In this document: piece after piece, positions 1 to 9,062 of the stretch
Position numbering within the stretch: the first letter of the stretch is position 1
How the letters are laid out: each line of letters opens with the position of its first letter
From: Candidatus Helarchaeota archaeon
Lineage (GTDB): Archaea; Asgardarchaeota; Lokiarchaeia; Helarchaeales; RDOG01
NCBI GenBank assembly: GCA_019058315.1
Contig: JAHPZH010000006.1
Location: 32,001-96,000, forward strand
Direction of reading: 5' to 3'
DNA length: 64,000 nt
Made by a program: the position numbers and the translations under genes
Notes under the pieces: generated by a model
Databases searched by the model: none
What the model saw: the letters and a program-made list of their open reading frames with translations, nothing else
What the model was told of the DNA's origin: nothing

Positions 1-304
1 TCTCCATTTTTAATCATTTTTTTTCTTTCAATTAAATCCTCTTCGTCGAAACGTTTCCAAAAATCATCTATATCAAAGATTCCCCAGTTTCTAAGATATT
101 CATCAAATTTCCTTCCAGAACGCCAAAAGGTGTGAATTTCTTGTTTGGTAAGCTCTTTTTTAGTTAGAATAAAAACAATCTTTGTAATTATTACGTCTAG
201 AATTTCAAAGAAATTCTTGGGAACGTGGATGAATACACTTTAGAAAAATATTTTCATAAATTTGTGCCATCCAAATCAAAAAGAAGTCCGATGTTATTTT
301 TCAT
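1..304 (-). CDS. HAD-superfamily hydrolase, intron-containing (exon1 304..262, exon2 232..<1); 3' end runs off the window
   Basis: ATG at 304 gives MKNNIGLLFDLDGT. Removing 233..261 continues IIHVPKNFFEILDV..., open to the window edge. HAD motif I DxDGT. Not in the ORF track. Confidence 0.85.
233..261 (-). other. 29-nt BHB mRNA intron in the HAD gene
   Basis: Minus strand TGGATG-GCAC-AA^A-TTTATGAAAATATTTTTCTAAA-GTGT-AT^T-CATCCA: 6-bp outer helix, 4-bp central helix, two 3-nt bulges. Contains an in-frame TGA. Confidence 0.88.
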
Positions 305-764
305 GATTTACACTTTTAGATATTTCTAATAAAATTTCAACTGCTTTTCTTACAAATTTAACACATTTTTCTTGTAAAATATTTAATTTAATAAGTTTTT
401 CTCGATCTTCTGGATCTCTTAAGTCACATTGAATTAATTCATAACACATTTCGCTTTTAAATTCGTTTTTAAATCTTTTAATGAATTCATTAGCTAAATC
501 ATATGCATATTCTTTATCTTCATTACTATTTGACCTACCATATTTTAAATTTATTGCCAAGATCGCACCATTTACGGAACCACAAACAGAACCACTTCTA
601 CCTATTCCTCCACCAAATGCCGTGGCAATTTTAGGTGTTATTGGTCCAATATTCCATGCTTCTTGCATTGTCATTAAAACGCTCTCAGCACAATTATATC
701 CTTGTGTAAAATATGCTGTTGCTTTCTTCGGAAATTCTTGATTCTTTTCTCTCATTTTTATCAC
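294..764 (-). CDS. C_GCAxxG_C_C family putative redox-active protein
   Basis: Motifs YNCAESV, FGGGIG..GSVCG and further Cys residues. Confidence 0.85.
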   Translation of the reverse strand: MIKMREKNQEFPKKATAYFTQGYNCAESVLMTMQEAWNIGPITPKIATAFGGGIGRSGSVCGSVNGAILAINLKYGRSNSNEDKEYAYDLANEFIKRFKNEFKSEMCYELIQCDLRDPEDREKLIKLNILQEKCVKFVRKAVEILLEISKSVNHEK

Positions 765-847
765 TAATTATTGAACATAAAGTAATAATACAAAAGATAT
801 TATTTCAATTAATTTCATTAGTTAATAAAAAATAAGGGCTGATTTGT

Positions 848-1627
848 ATCGAAATAATTGATACCCATATTCATTCTATATTTAGAAGTAATGACGATTT
901 TATTAATTTAGTTAAAAAAGGGGTCACAAAAGTTATTAGTGTATCCTTTTATCCAATTGTTCCTTATTATTCTAATACTTTAATTGATTTATTTAATTGG
1001 ATTATTGAAGATGAACCCCGTAGAACTGAATCTACAGGAATTACTATTCATCCTGCTATTGGTATCCATCCCCGATCGATACCTCAAGATCTAAATAAGG
1101 AAAATCTACAGAAACTTAAATTAAAAATCGAGAATGCTATTGAAAATAATAGGATTGTGGCATTAGGTGAAATAGGTTTGGAGTCTGCTACACTAATAGA
1201 AAAGGATATTTTTGAATTTCATCTTAAAATCGCAAAAGAATTCGATTTTCCTGTTATTATACATACTCCTAGAAGGAATAAAAAAGATATTACAAAAAAA
1301 TCTATAGATCTAATATTAAGAAATAAAATAGAAACGGGTGTTTTAGACCACATAGACGAACAAAATCTTTCATTAGCTAAAAATACTAGCTTAAATTTGG
1401 GTTTAACAGTTCAAATGGGAAAGTTAACTCCAGAAAATTTCTATAAAATAGTAAACGAAAATGAACATGAAAAAGATCGTTTTGTACTGAATACTGATAT
1501 TGGAAGAGACGAAGCAGATTTGTATGCGGCATATAAAGCTGTTAATATATTAAAAAATAACGGAATTAATGAACATTTAATAGATTTAATCGCATCTAAA
1601 AATGCAAAAAAGTTATTTAAATTATAG
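848..1627 (+). CDS. TatD-family metal-dependent hydrolase; start uncertain, N-terminus extends upstream of the ORF-track start at 1157
   Basis: Frame open from 836 with IIDTHIH, AIGIHP, ALGEIG, IIHTP and LNTD. No in-frame ATG/GTG/TTG before DTHIH. Confidence 0.8.
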   Translation: MEIIDTHIHSIFRSNDDFINLVKKGVTKVISVSFYPIVPYYSNTLIDLFNWIIEDEPRRTESTGITIHPAIGIHPRSIPQDLNKENLQKLKLKIENAIENNRIVALGEIGLESATLIEKDIFEFHLKIAKEFDFPVIIHTPRRNKKDITKKSIDLILRNKIETGVLDHIDEQNLSLAKNTSLNLGLTVQMGKLTPENFYKIVNENEHEKDRFVLNTDIGRDEADLYAAYKAVNILKNNGINEHLIDLIASKNAKKLFKL

Positions 1628-1665
1628 AATATAAAAAAACAACAATTCAATTATAGTGATTTTTA

Positions 1666-2433
1666 ATGGAATTAACTAAAACTGATAAGATTTTTACTAT
1701 AATTTTAATTATTTTAGGAGTCCTTTCTGTATATTTTTATTTTAATCCTCAAGCAGGTGCTTTTTTAAGTTTTTCGTCTTGGAAAATTGATAGATTTTCA
1801 TTAAATGGAACATTATTAATTGTTTTTATTGTTTGTCTAATTGGTAATCTATTACCGATTCCTACTCCCTATACTTTTATTATAATTCCTGCAGCACTTT
1901 CGTTTCCAGATTTTTTCTGGTTAATTGGATTAATGGCCTCATTTGGAGCTTTATTTGGTGAAATTGTTGGTTTTTGGGTTGGTCGAGGAACAAAAGAAGT
2001 TTTAGAACATACTGACACAGATCTTGAAAAAATTGAGAAATGGAAAAAGCTCGCAAATGAAAGACCTAAATTTGTTATGTTTTTAATTTACATTTTCGGT
2101 TTAACTCCTTTAAATGATGATAATGTTATGGTACCTTTAGGTTTAGCAGAATTTGATTTTAAAAAGACTGTTTTTTCATGCTTTCTTGGAAAACTATCAA
2201 TGATGATGTTATTTGCAGCCGGTACAGTAATTGGAATAGATTTAATTTATAGTGTAATGGGATATTCCAGATTTGAACTATTAAACTATTTACCAGGTGC
2301 TTCAGGACAAGGTAATTGGTTGGAAGGTATGATATTATTTATTATTGTTATCCTAATAGTTTGGGGAATGTTAAAAATAGATATTGGTAGATTTTTAAAA
2401 GAAAAATATGGTGTAGAACAGATAAATGAATAA
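1666..2433 (+). CDS. DedA/VTT-domain (YqaA-like) membrane protein
   Basis: Multiple TM segments; LPIPTP, GALFGE..GFWVG, LTPLNDD...PLG. Confidence 0.75.
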   Translation: MELTKTDKIFTIILIILGVLSVYFYFNPQAGAFLSFSSWKIDRFSLNGTLLIVFIVCLIGNLLPIPTPYTFIIIPAALSFPDFFWLIGLMASFGALFGEIVGFWVGRGTKEVLEHTDTDLEKIEKWKKLANERPKFVMFLIYIFGLTPLNDDNVMVPLGLAEFDFKKTVFSCFLGKLSMMMLFAAGTVIGIDLIYSVMGYSRFELLNYLPGASGQGNWLEGMILFIIVILIVWGMLKIDIGRFLKEKYGVEQINE

Positions 2434-2439
2434 ATAACG

Positions 2440-3147
2440 GTGTGTATTTTGAAAGGTTTTATAATTATAGCTCATCGAGGAGCTAGTGGATATGAATTTG
2501 AAAATTCTATTTCAGCTTTTAAAAAAGCCATCGAATTAAAAGCGGATATGATAGAAACCGATGCTCAAATTACTCAAGATGGAACAATTATTTTAAATCA
2601 CGATAATGGTATTAAAAAGACCACTAATGAAAAAGGATTCATATCGAGATTAACATTAAATGAAATTAAAAAAATTCCGTTAAAAAATGGGGAAATAATG
2701 CCTACTTATCAAGATCTTTTAGATCTTTGTAAAGGTAAAATAGAAATAAATTTAGAAATAAAAGCACGAAGAGTTGAAAAACTAGTAACAGATATTACTC
2801 TAAAGAATGATATGCTAAAAGAAGTCGTATTTTCATCTTTTTCACTGAAAACTCTTAAAAAAATTAGAGAATATAATGATGATGCCAGATTGGCATATTT
2901 AATCATTATACAAGGTTCCTTTATTGCTAGGCTTAATTATTGGATGAAAAAATTAAGTGAATTAAAAGTTGAAAGTATTAATCCCTTTCATATGTTTATA
3001 TCTTCAAAACTTGTGAAAGAAGCTCATAAAAAAGATATTTCTATATATCCTTGGACAATTAATGATTCAACTAAAATTCGAAATTTAATAGAAGAAAAAA
3101 ATATAGATGGAGTATTTACAGATTACCCTGATATATTAAATAAGTAA
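2440..3147 (+). CDS. Glycerophosphodiester phosphodiesterase
   Basis: IAHRGAS, ENS..AF, IETD, NLEIK, WTIN, FTDYP. TTG at 2449 is a possible true start. Confidence 0.92.
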   Translation: MCILKGFIIIAHRGASGYEFENSISAFKKAIELKADMIETDAQITQDGTIILNHDNGIKKTTNEKGFISRLTLNEIKKIPLKNGEIMPTYQDLLDLCKGKIEINLEIKARRVEKLVTDITLKNDMLKEVVFSSFSLKTLKKIREYNDDARLAYLIIIQGSFIARLNYWMKKLSELKVESINPFHMFISSKLVKEAHKKDISIYPWTINDSTKIRNLIEEKNIDGVFTDYPDILNK

Positions 3148-4113
3148 TTAAGCACGTTTTTTCTTTTCTATTATTAATTTTCCTATATGCAAAAATAACT
3201 CATCTATATTTTGTCCTGTTTTAGCTGATGTTTCAAAGAAAAGATAATTTAATTCTTTTGCCAATTTTTTACCTTGTTTGTTAGATACCCTTCTTTGGTT
3301 TTCTAAGTCGATTTTATTACTAACTAACACGCAAACAACATCTTCTTTAGCAAATCGTTTGATTTCACTTACCCATTCACTAACGTTCCTAAAAGACTCA
3401 GGGTTTGTAATATCATAAAGAATTAAAATTGCTTCTGCACCTGGATAATAAGTCTTTCTAAATTTTTGAAATAGTCCCTCTCCTGAAACATCCCATGCAA
3501 CCAAATCAAGTGTGTCATCTTCGACAGGATAAGAATATTTGAAAATATCTACGCCCAAAGTAGGTTTATAATCCGCGATAAATCTTTTTTTAGCAAATTG
3601 AACCAAAAGAGACGTTTTTCCAACTCCTGAATCACCTGAAACAACTATTTTATAGGTATATCTTTTTTTTGGTTGTTTGCTTATTGGAGTTTCAACAATT
3701 TTTTTTGGTTTTTGATATTCTAATGAAATATCAGTTTTCCCTTTAATTACTTTAGCTACTTTCTCCACTGCCATTTCTGCGTAAGGAATGACAGAATCAA
3801 TGCTAGAATTCTGTTTTAATATTGTAGTTAAAATTTTTTGATCCTCAACTTCTGTAAACATCAGAATTTGGGTTTTAATTTGTAAGGTAGCATTTTTGAA
3901 AAAGCCAGTATCAAAATCTTTATGAATTTTTTCACCTAATGAGTGAAGAAGCGCTGTTAAAGCTCCAATTGTAAAATCTTCCAAAGAATCACTAAAAGTA
4001 GATGCAATAATTAGTCCATCAGAGTCTACTATTGCACATCCTAAAATATCGTCCGAAATTTTTACATATTCTCCTAAAACTTTATCTAACATTTCGGTTC
4101 CTATGATTGACAC
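3148..4113 (-). CDS. Roadblock/LC7 domain fused to a Rab-like small GTPase
   Basis: N-terminal AIVDSDGLIIAS roadblock; C-terminal GDSGVGKTS, WDVSG, NKID, ETSAK. Confidence 0.88.
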   Translation of the reverse strand: MSIIGTEMLDKVLGEYVKISDDILGCAIVDSDGLIIASTFSDSLEDFTIGALTALLHSLGEKIHKDFDTGFFKNATLQIKTQILMFTEVEDQKILTTILKQNSSIDSVIPYAEMAVEKVAKVIKGKTDISLEYQKPKKIVETPISKQPKKRYTYKIVVSGDSGVGKTSLLVQFAKKRFIADYKPTLGVDIFKYSYPVEDDTLDLVAWDVSGEGLFQKFRKTYYPGAEAILILYDITNPESFRNVSEWVSEIKRFAKEDVVCVLVSNKIDLENQRRVSNKQGKKLAKELNYLFFETSAKTGQNIDELFLHIGKLIIEKKKRA

Positions 4114-4256
4114 TGTTATTATTCCTCATTTTTTGTTTTTTTCTCATTGTTTTTTTTGAAATAAAAACTCAATAACAAATAAAACTCCATTATATAAATA
4201 TTTATAATGTGAATCGAATTTATTTAAAGAAATATTATAATTTGAGATGATTTTTC

Positions 4257-5753
4257 ATGAAAAAGAATAGTTATGATGCAATAATTATTGGTTCTGGTAT
4301 TGGTGGTTCAGCTTGTGCTGCACTTCTTTCGCATGCTGGTTTCAAAACCTTAGTTTTGGAAAAAAATGAAAGAATTGGTGGTTTTACATCTTGTTATCAA
4401 AAACAAGGGTTCACTATTGATATATCTATTCACGTCTTTTCAAATGGGATAAATGGGCGTTTTGGTAAGATTTTACATAGAATTGGCCTTGCAACTAAAG
4501 AAAAGGGAAAAATTCAAAGTCAATATCTTAAATTCGTTCCAAATTTAGATAGAAGAACTGCAATTAGGATGCCTAATCAAAAAAATTATTTTTCTATGGG
4601 ATCTATGCTTACACCACAAAGTAAAATTACACCTAAACCCGATTCTGGTAATATTCAAAAAACTGTGTCTAATTTAGGAATGAATAAAGAAGATATGAAT
4701 AATTTGATGAACATTTTTATGACAATATTGGGTCTTACAAAACGAAAAATCAGAAAATTAGAAGAAAACCAATTAACTTTAAAAAATTATATTGAATCAT
4801 TTACAAAAAGTCCATTTATCCACAGTTTTCTTGCGTTTACAGTTGGAGGAATGTTTGCGATTTCTCCACGAAGAGCAAGCGCGGCAGAATTTGTTAGAGG
4901 TATTCAAGAATGGTTTGGCTCCAATGATATGTCATATCCCCTAGGAGGAAGTATCGCTGTTCCACAAGCATTCCTTGAAGGTGTTAAAAAATATGGTGGG
5001 GATATTAGGACCAAAGCACGAGTTTCAGAAATCGTTATCGAGAATAATAGAGCTAAAGGGGTAATTGTTAATGATGAATTTATAGAATCCAGTTTTATTA
5101 TTAGTAATGCCGGAATAAAAAAAACTGTTCTCTCTCTAACAGGGGAAAAATTTTATGAGAATAATTACATTAACAAAGTTAAATCGTTAGTTCCATCAAA
5201 TTCTTCAATAACTTTTAAATTTGCTTTAAATAAACAAATAATACCCAAAGAATTTGGAATGGTAAATATATTCCATAAAAATTTATTAAATCCTAGTAAA
5301 AAATCGGAAGAAGGGGACACAAGATCTACAGGTTTTATGACTATGATACCGTCAAATCTCGATCCAAATCTAGCTCCTCCAGGAAAACAATTAATAATTT
5401 TTGGAACTTTAGCTCCAACAAAAGGCGTTGAAGATTGGAAAAAGTGGACGGATATGCATTATGAAGAAATTTTACGAAATTACCCAGAAATTGAAGACCA
5501 AATTATTTTTGTGGATGTTTCGACTCCTTTAGATTTGGCTCAACTTTCAGGAAAAAAGTATGGACCAATAGAATCTACGGCCTTAATTCCTTCGCAATCA
5601 GGACCTAATAGAATATCCTCAGAATTGCCGATTGATGGTCTTTATGTCGTAGGGGATAGTGCTGGAACTAATACTCATGGTATTGGAACACAACTTGCAG
5701 CAGATAGCGCTATCAAGTGTGCCGATTTGATAATTTCGAAATATAAGCAGTAA
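4257..5753 (+). CDS. Phytoene dehydrogenase-like FAD-dependent oxidoreductase
   Basis: GSGIGG Rossmann motif, LEKNERIGG, LAPPGK, GLYVVGD. Confidence 0.85.
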   Translation: MKKNSYDAIIIGSGIGGSACAALLSHAGFKTLVLEKNERIGGFTSCYQKQGFTIDISIHVFSNGINGRFGKILHRIGLATKEKGKIQSQYLKFVPNLDRRTAIRMPNQKNYFSMGSMLTPQSKITPKPDSGNIQKTVSNLGMNKEDMNNLMNIFMTILGLTKRKIRKLEENQLTLKNYIESFTKSPFIHSFLAFTVGGMFAISPRRASAAEFVRGIQEWFGSNDMSYPLGGSIAVPQAFLEGVKKYGGDIRTKARVSEIVIENNRAKGVIVNDEFIESSFIISNAGIKKTVLSLTGEKFYENNYINKVKSLVPSNSSITFKFALNKQIIPKEFGMVNIFHKNLLNPSKKSEEGDTRSTGFMTMIPSNLDPNLAPPGKQLIIFGTLAPTKGVEDWKKWTDMHYEEILRNYPEIEDQIIFVDVSTPLDLAQLSGKKYGPIESTALIPSQSGPNRISSELPIDGLYVVGDSAGTNTHGIGTQLAADSAIKCADLIISKYKQ

Positions 5754-5862
5754 ATCTTCTTTTTTCTAAATTTCAGATCACTATTTGTGGAGTTTAAATA
5801 GGGATCTGAGAGTAAGAGTGCAATATGAAAAAAGAGTGAGAGCATTCCGAAAGTATTAGGAT

Positions 5863-6102
5863 TTGATAAAAATGATGCTACCATGTTTTAAATGTAAAAA
5901 TTGTAATACAAATTGGATTATAGATATCTATTCAGATTCTAAAGAAGGTATTATTCAAGAATTCATAAGCCAAATGTGTTGCCCAATCTGTGGGAAAAGG
6001 AATTTGAGAGTATGTTTTATTCGAAAAGTAGATGATGAAACTCCTGATATTATACAAGAGTCATTTAATAATTGTGATGAAATTACTCAATCTTTAATGT
6101 AA
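5863..6102 (+). CDS. Small zinc-ribbon protein
   Basis: CKNC...CPICG. Confidence 0.6.
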   Translation: MIKMMLPCFKCKNCNTNWIIDIYSDSKEGIIQEFISQMCCPICGKRNLRVCFIRKVDDETPDIIQESFNNCDEITQSLM

Positions 6103-6127
6103 TTTGTATTCGAAAATTCTTCTTAAA

Positions 6128-6476
6128 TTAAGTTCCTCGTCTTCTATATTTACACCCTTTTATGGGACAAAATCTATATTGAGGAGCAGAAGATCCGGCA
6201 ACTGGTCTTTTAATAATCCATCCAGAAACCCAACCATGATGTGGACAGTAATATTTTTCTCTATCTTTTAAATTTTCATCTTGTTCGTCTTGTGTAACTT
6301 TAAAATTACATACATCATGTGTTTGTTTATATTTTTCATTTACTGGACATACATTCCCTTTACGTTTAATTAAATTTACGCGGGCTATCCTCAGAATTTA
6401 TACATCCAGTACAATCTACTGGAATTTCTTTCACCTCATGTTCATATTTAATTATTGAAAGATTGTCTTTATACAT
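6128..6476 (-). CDS. Small Cys/His-rich (putative Zn-binding) protein, intron-containing (exon1 6476..6376, exon2 6359..6128; 110 aa from ATG 6476, start uncertain)
   Basis: Spliced product ...PVDCTGCINSEDSPRK-GNVCPVN...YYCPHHGW...RFCPIKGCKYRRRGT*. Exons total 333 nt. Not in the ORF track. Confidence 0.7.
6360..6375 (-). other. 16-nt BHB mRNA intron
   Basis: Minus strand CCC-GCGT-AA^A-TTTAATTAA-ACGT-AA^A-GGG; in-frame TAA; inner stem is only about 2 bp. Confidence 0.7.
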
Positions 6477-6596
6477 TATAATAAATTAGTTTAATTTTTA
6501 AAAAATAAACTTCATATAATCCTTAATAAGAAAAGAAATTTATTTTATCAACTACTACTTAAAAAGCAATTATTTAATTAGGAGGAACTACTACCT

Positions 6597-8117
6597 ATGA
6601 TAGCTGCTATTTGGAATCAACGTTTAATAACAGCAGTGGAACGTGCTAGATTAGCTCATAATGTATTTTGTGCATATAATGCTAATATCGATGCAAAAGA
6701 ATATATTAATGCTCAAAAAATTCATGTGGCATTTTTAAAAGACCCTTATCTTGTAGATAGAGTAAAAGCTGCAGTTAAAAATCCTCCCGATGAAATTCGC
6801 TCACCTGCAGATTTTTTAGCAGGTCTATATTTAGCTATGAAAGAAGGAAAATCTTTACAATGGGAAATCCGGGAAAAAAATAGAGAAATGTTAGAATGGT
6901 TTGATGAATACTTTGAAAATCCTGATGAAACTCGTATGGGTGGACAAACTGGCATTATTGCTAATTTATTGTCTATTTTAGGAGTAGAAGCTATTGTTTA
7001 CCTACCATTATTATCAAAAAAACAAGCTGAAATTTTTAGAAAAGAGCGTATATTTGTTCCTGTTAATAAAAATGATGTTGCAGAATTTCTTCCAATCCAA
7101 GAAGCTTATCGTGAAAAAGATGATACAAAAATAAATTGGGTATTTGAATTTAGAGAAGGTGGTAAGTTTCCTGTTCCTATTGAAGATAATGAAATAATTA
7201 TTGCCCCTCGTACAAATAGGTTTATTGTGGCAAGTAGACCTCCAGGTTTGATTCCTGTATGTGACTCAAAGACTGAAATAATTCTACCACAAATTGGAGA
7301 ACGTGTCGATAGAGTTATTCTTGGTGGTTATCAATACCTACGTCAAAGATATCCTGATGGTAAGACTTGTTCTGATTATTTGGATATAATTACAAAGCAT
7401 CTATTAATGTTAAAATCTAAAAACCTTTTGTTAAGGCTTCATATGGAATTTGCAGGTATTCCAAACGAACATATTAGGAAAGACATTTTGCTTAAAATCT
7501 CTCCTCAAATAAATAGCCTGGGTCTAAATGAGGTAGAAATTTTAATGGCCCTTGAGATTCTAGAATGTGAAGATGAAATTGAAATGATTAAAGCGAATGA
7601 AAATGCTTATACATTATATTTGGGTATGCTAAAAATGGCAGAATTATTAGGTTTAGAAAGAATTCATCTTCATAATCTAGGTTATCATGTTTTATACCTT
7701 AATAAATGTTATCCAACTTCTGCTTATGCTGCTAGAAATGCATTACTTTATGCTTCTAATATTGGGGCCACAAGAGCTCTAATGGGAGACTTTTACTCTC
7801 GAAGACCTGTAAGTTATGAAATTGAAATTGGAAAAACAGTGAGTATATCTTATACAGGATTAAAACAGTTAGAATTTTTTGCTGATAAAATGCTCAAAGA
7901 AGGAGTTAAATTTGATAAAGATAAATTTATGGATGAAGGAATACTAGAATTTGATAAATATTATGTCATTATTGCTCCTGCTCAAATTGCACCTTATCCT
8001 CAGAGTACCGTCGGGATTGGGGATTCTGTTAGTGCAGCTGCATTTGTTGCAGATGAGGCCAGGGATCCTCATGGTGAGAAAGAACACTGTGTAAGTCCTG
8101 AAACTGAACATATTTAA
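6597..8117 (+). CDS. pfkC: ADP-dependent phosphofructokinase/glucokinase
   Basis: AYNANIDA, RMGGQTGIIAN, SLGLNEVE, STVGIGDSVSA. Confidence 0.9.
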   Translation: MIAAIWNQRLITAVERARLAHNVFCAYNANIDAKEYINAQKIHVAFLKDPYLVDRVKAAVKNPPDEIRSPADFLAGLYLAMKEGKSLQWEIREKNREMLEWFDEYFENPDETRMGGQTGIIANLLSILGVEAIVYLPLLSKKQAEIFRKERIFVPVNKNDVAEFLPIQEAYREKDDTKINWVFEFREGGKFPVPIEDNEIIIAPRTNRFIVASRPPGLIPVCDSKTEIILPQIGERVDRVILGGYQYLRQRYPDGKTCSDYLDIITKHLLMLKSKNLLLRLHMEFAGIPNEHIRKDILLKISPQINSLGLNEVEILMALEILECEDEIEMIKANENAYTLYLGMLKMAELLGLERIHLHNLGYHVLYLNKCYPTSAYAARNALLYASNIGATRALMGDFYSRRPVSYEIEIGKTVSISYTGLKQLEFFADKMLKEGVKFDKDKFMDEGILEFDKYYVIIAPAQIAPYPQSTVGIGDSVSAAAFVADEARDPHGEKEHCVSPETEHI

Positions 8118-8143
8118 CGTTATTTCTTGTTTTTATTTTATTT

Positions 8144-8788
8144 TTCCAATAGAAATTAAGGGGTCATTTATTTTTTATGTCAAATCTATTTGAGCTAATT
8201 TATTTTTTCCTAAAATTCTTATCAATTAACTCAATTTGATTTGAGTTAAATAATTTCTTTGGCCTGGAATTGACTTTACATTGTTTGTAAATACTTTAAA
8301 TTAATCATTCTAAAACTATTTACAAACATTTAATTTTTTGCTTAATTTGAAAAATTTTCAAAAGACTCCTTCATTTCCATTGGAATTTCACAATATCTAT
8401 TTACTTCTAATATTTAATCAATAAAAATTTATAAATTTATAAAGAAATTTTTACAGAGACTTTAAATATCCTTCTTATCCATAACTAACGACTCATATTA
8501 TTATCATAAATAAAAAGATAATAATTATATAGCTTAGCATATTATTATCAGTTCCAATGGAAAATAAGGGGTGTTAAAATCAATTTTTTTTTCTGGAAAT
8601 CTAATAAAAATGTTAGGACTAAAAGGAAAAAATAGAGAATTAAAATATAAATCAAATTTAAAATAGGTAAAATTTTGAGTTAATATTATTTTTAATAAAT
8701 GAAAGAGGATATAAAATCAGGTCTTATAACTTATAAAGTTCTTTATTTTTCTTACATAGATTTCATAACCCCTTCATTTCAACTGGAA
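8144..8788. promoter_or_regulatory. Putative replication origin (oriC) with four ORB elements
   Basis: TTCCAnnnGAAAnnAAGGRGT at 8144-8164(+), 8365-8385(-), 8552-8572(+) and 8768-8788(-), in a ~0.95 kb AT-rich non-coding gap. Matches the archaeal ORB with G-string. Confidence 0.8.
8282..8328. repeat. Inverted repeat TGTTTGTAAATA-N23-TATTTACAAACA, copy 1
   Basis: Perfect 12-bp arms at 8282-8293 and 8317-8328. Confidence 0.85.
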
Positions 8789-9005
8789 CTTAAATATTAG
8801 TACCATTTAGATGATATCTAGGGACTATTAAATGGTCAGATCAAATCAAAAGAAATACGAAAAATTATATTATAGAACATTACAAAAAATTAATATAAAA
8901 TTTTTAATTTTTTTAAACAAATTTACAATTTATCAATTCATAAAAGGTCAATTTCAGGGTTAATAACTATAGAAAAAATTATTATCTATTAGAAATCAAA
9001 ATAAA

Positions 9006-9052
9006 TGTTTGTAAATAGAAGATCATAAATTATAAATTACTATTTACAAACA
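9006..9052. repeat. Inverted repeat TGTTTGTAAATA-N23-TATTTACAAACA, copy 2 (promoter region of the 9063 gene)
   Basis: Perfect 12-bp arms at 9006-9017 and 9041-9052; same 23-nt spacing as copy 1. Confidence 0.85.
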
Positions 9053-9062
9053 CATAATAAAT

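Noticed and set aside
233-261. Stop-codon readthrough (Sec) or programmed frameshifting as the explanation for the split genes
   Set aside because: Readthrough alone cannot fix the frame change, and frameshifting would leave extra residues in or beside catalytic motifs
841-864. Possible intron linking TTG 844 to the TatD frame (GTATC/GATAC hairpin)
   Set aside because: No BHB arrangement gives an in-frame product
8118-9062. CRISPR array or IS element in the long intergenic gap
   Set aside because: The repeats alternate in orientation about 200 bp apart and match ORB; no transposase or cas gene is present in the window
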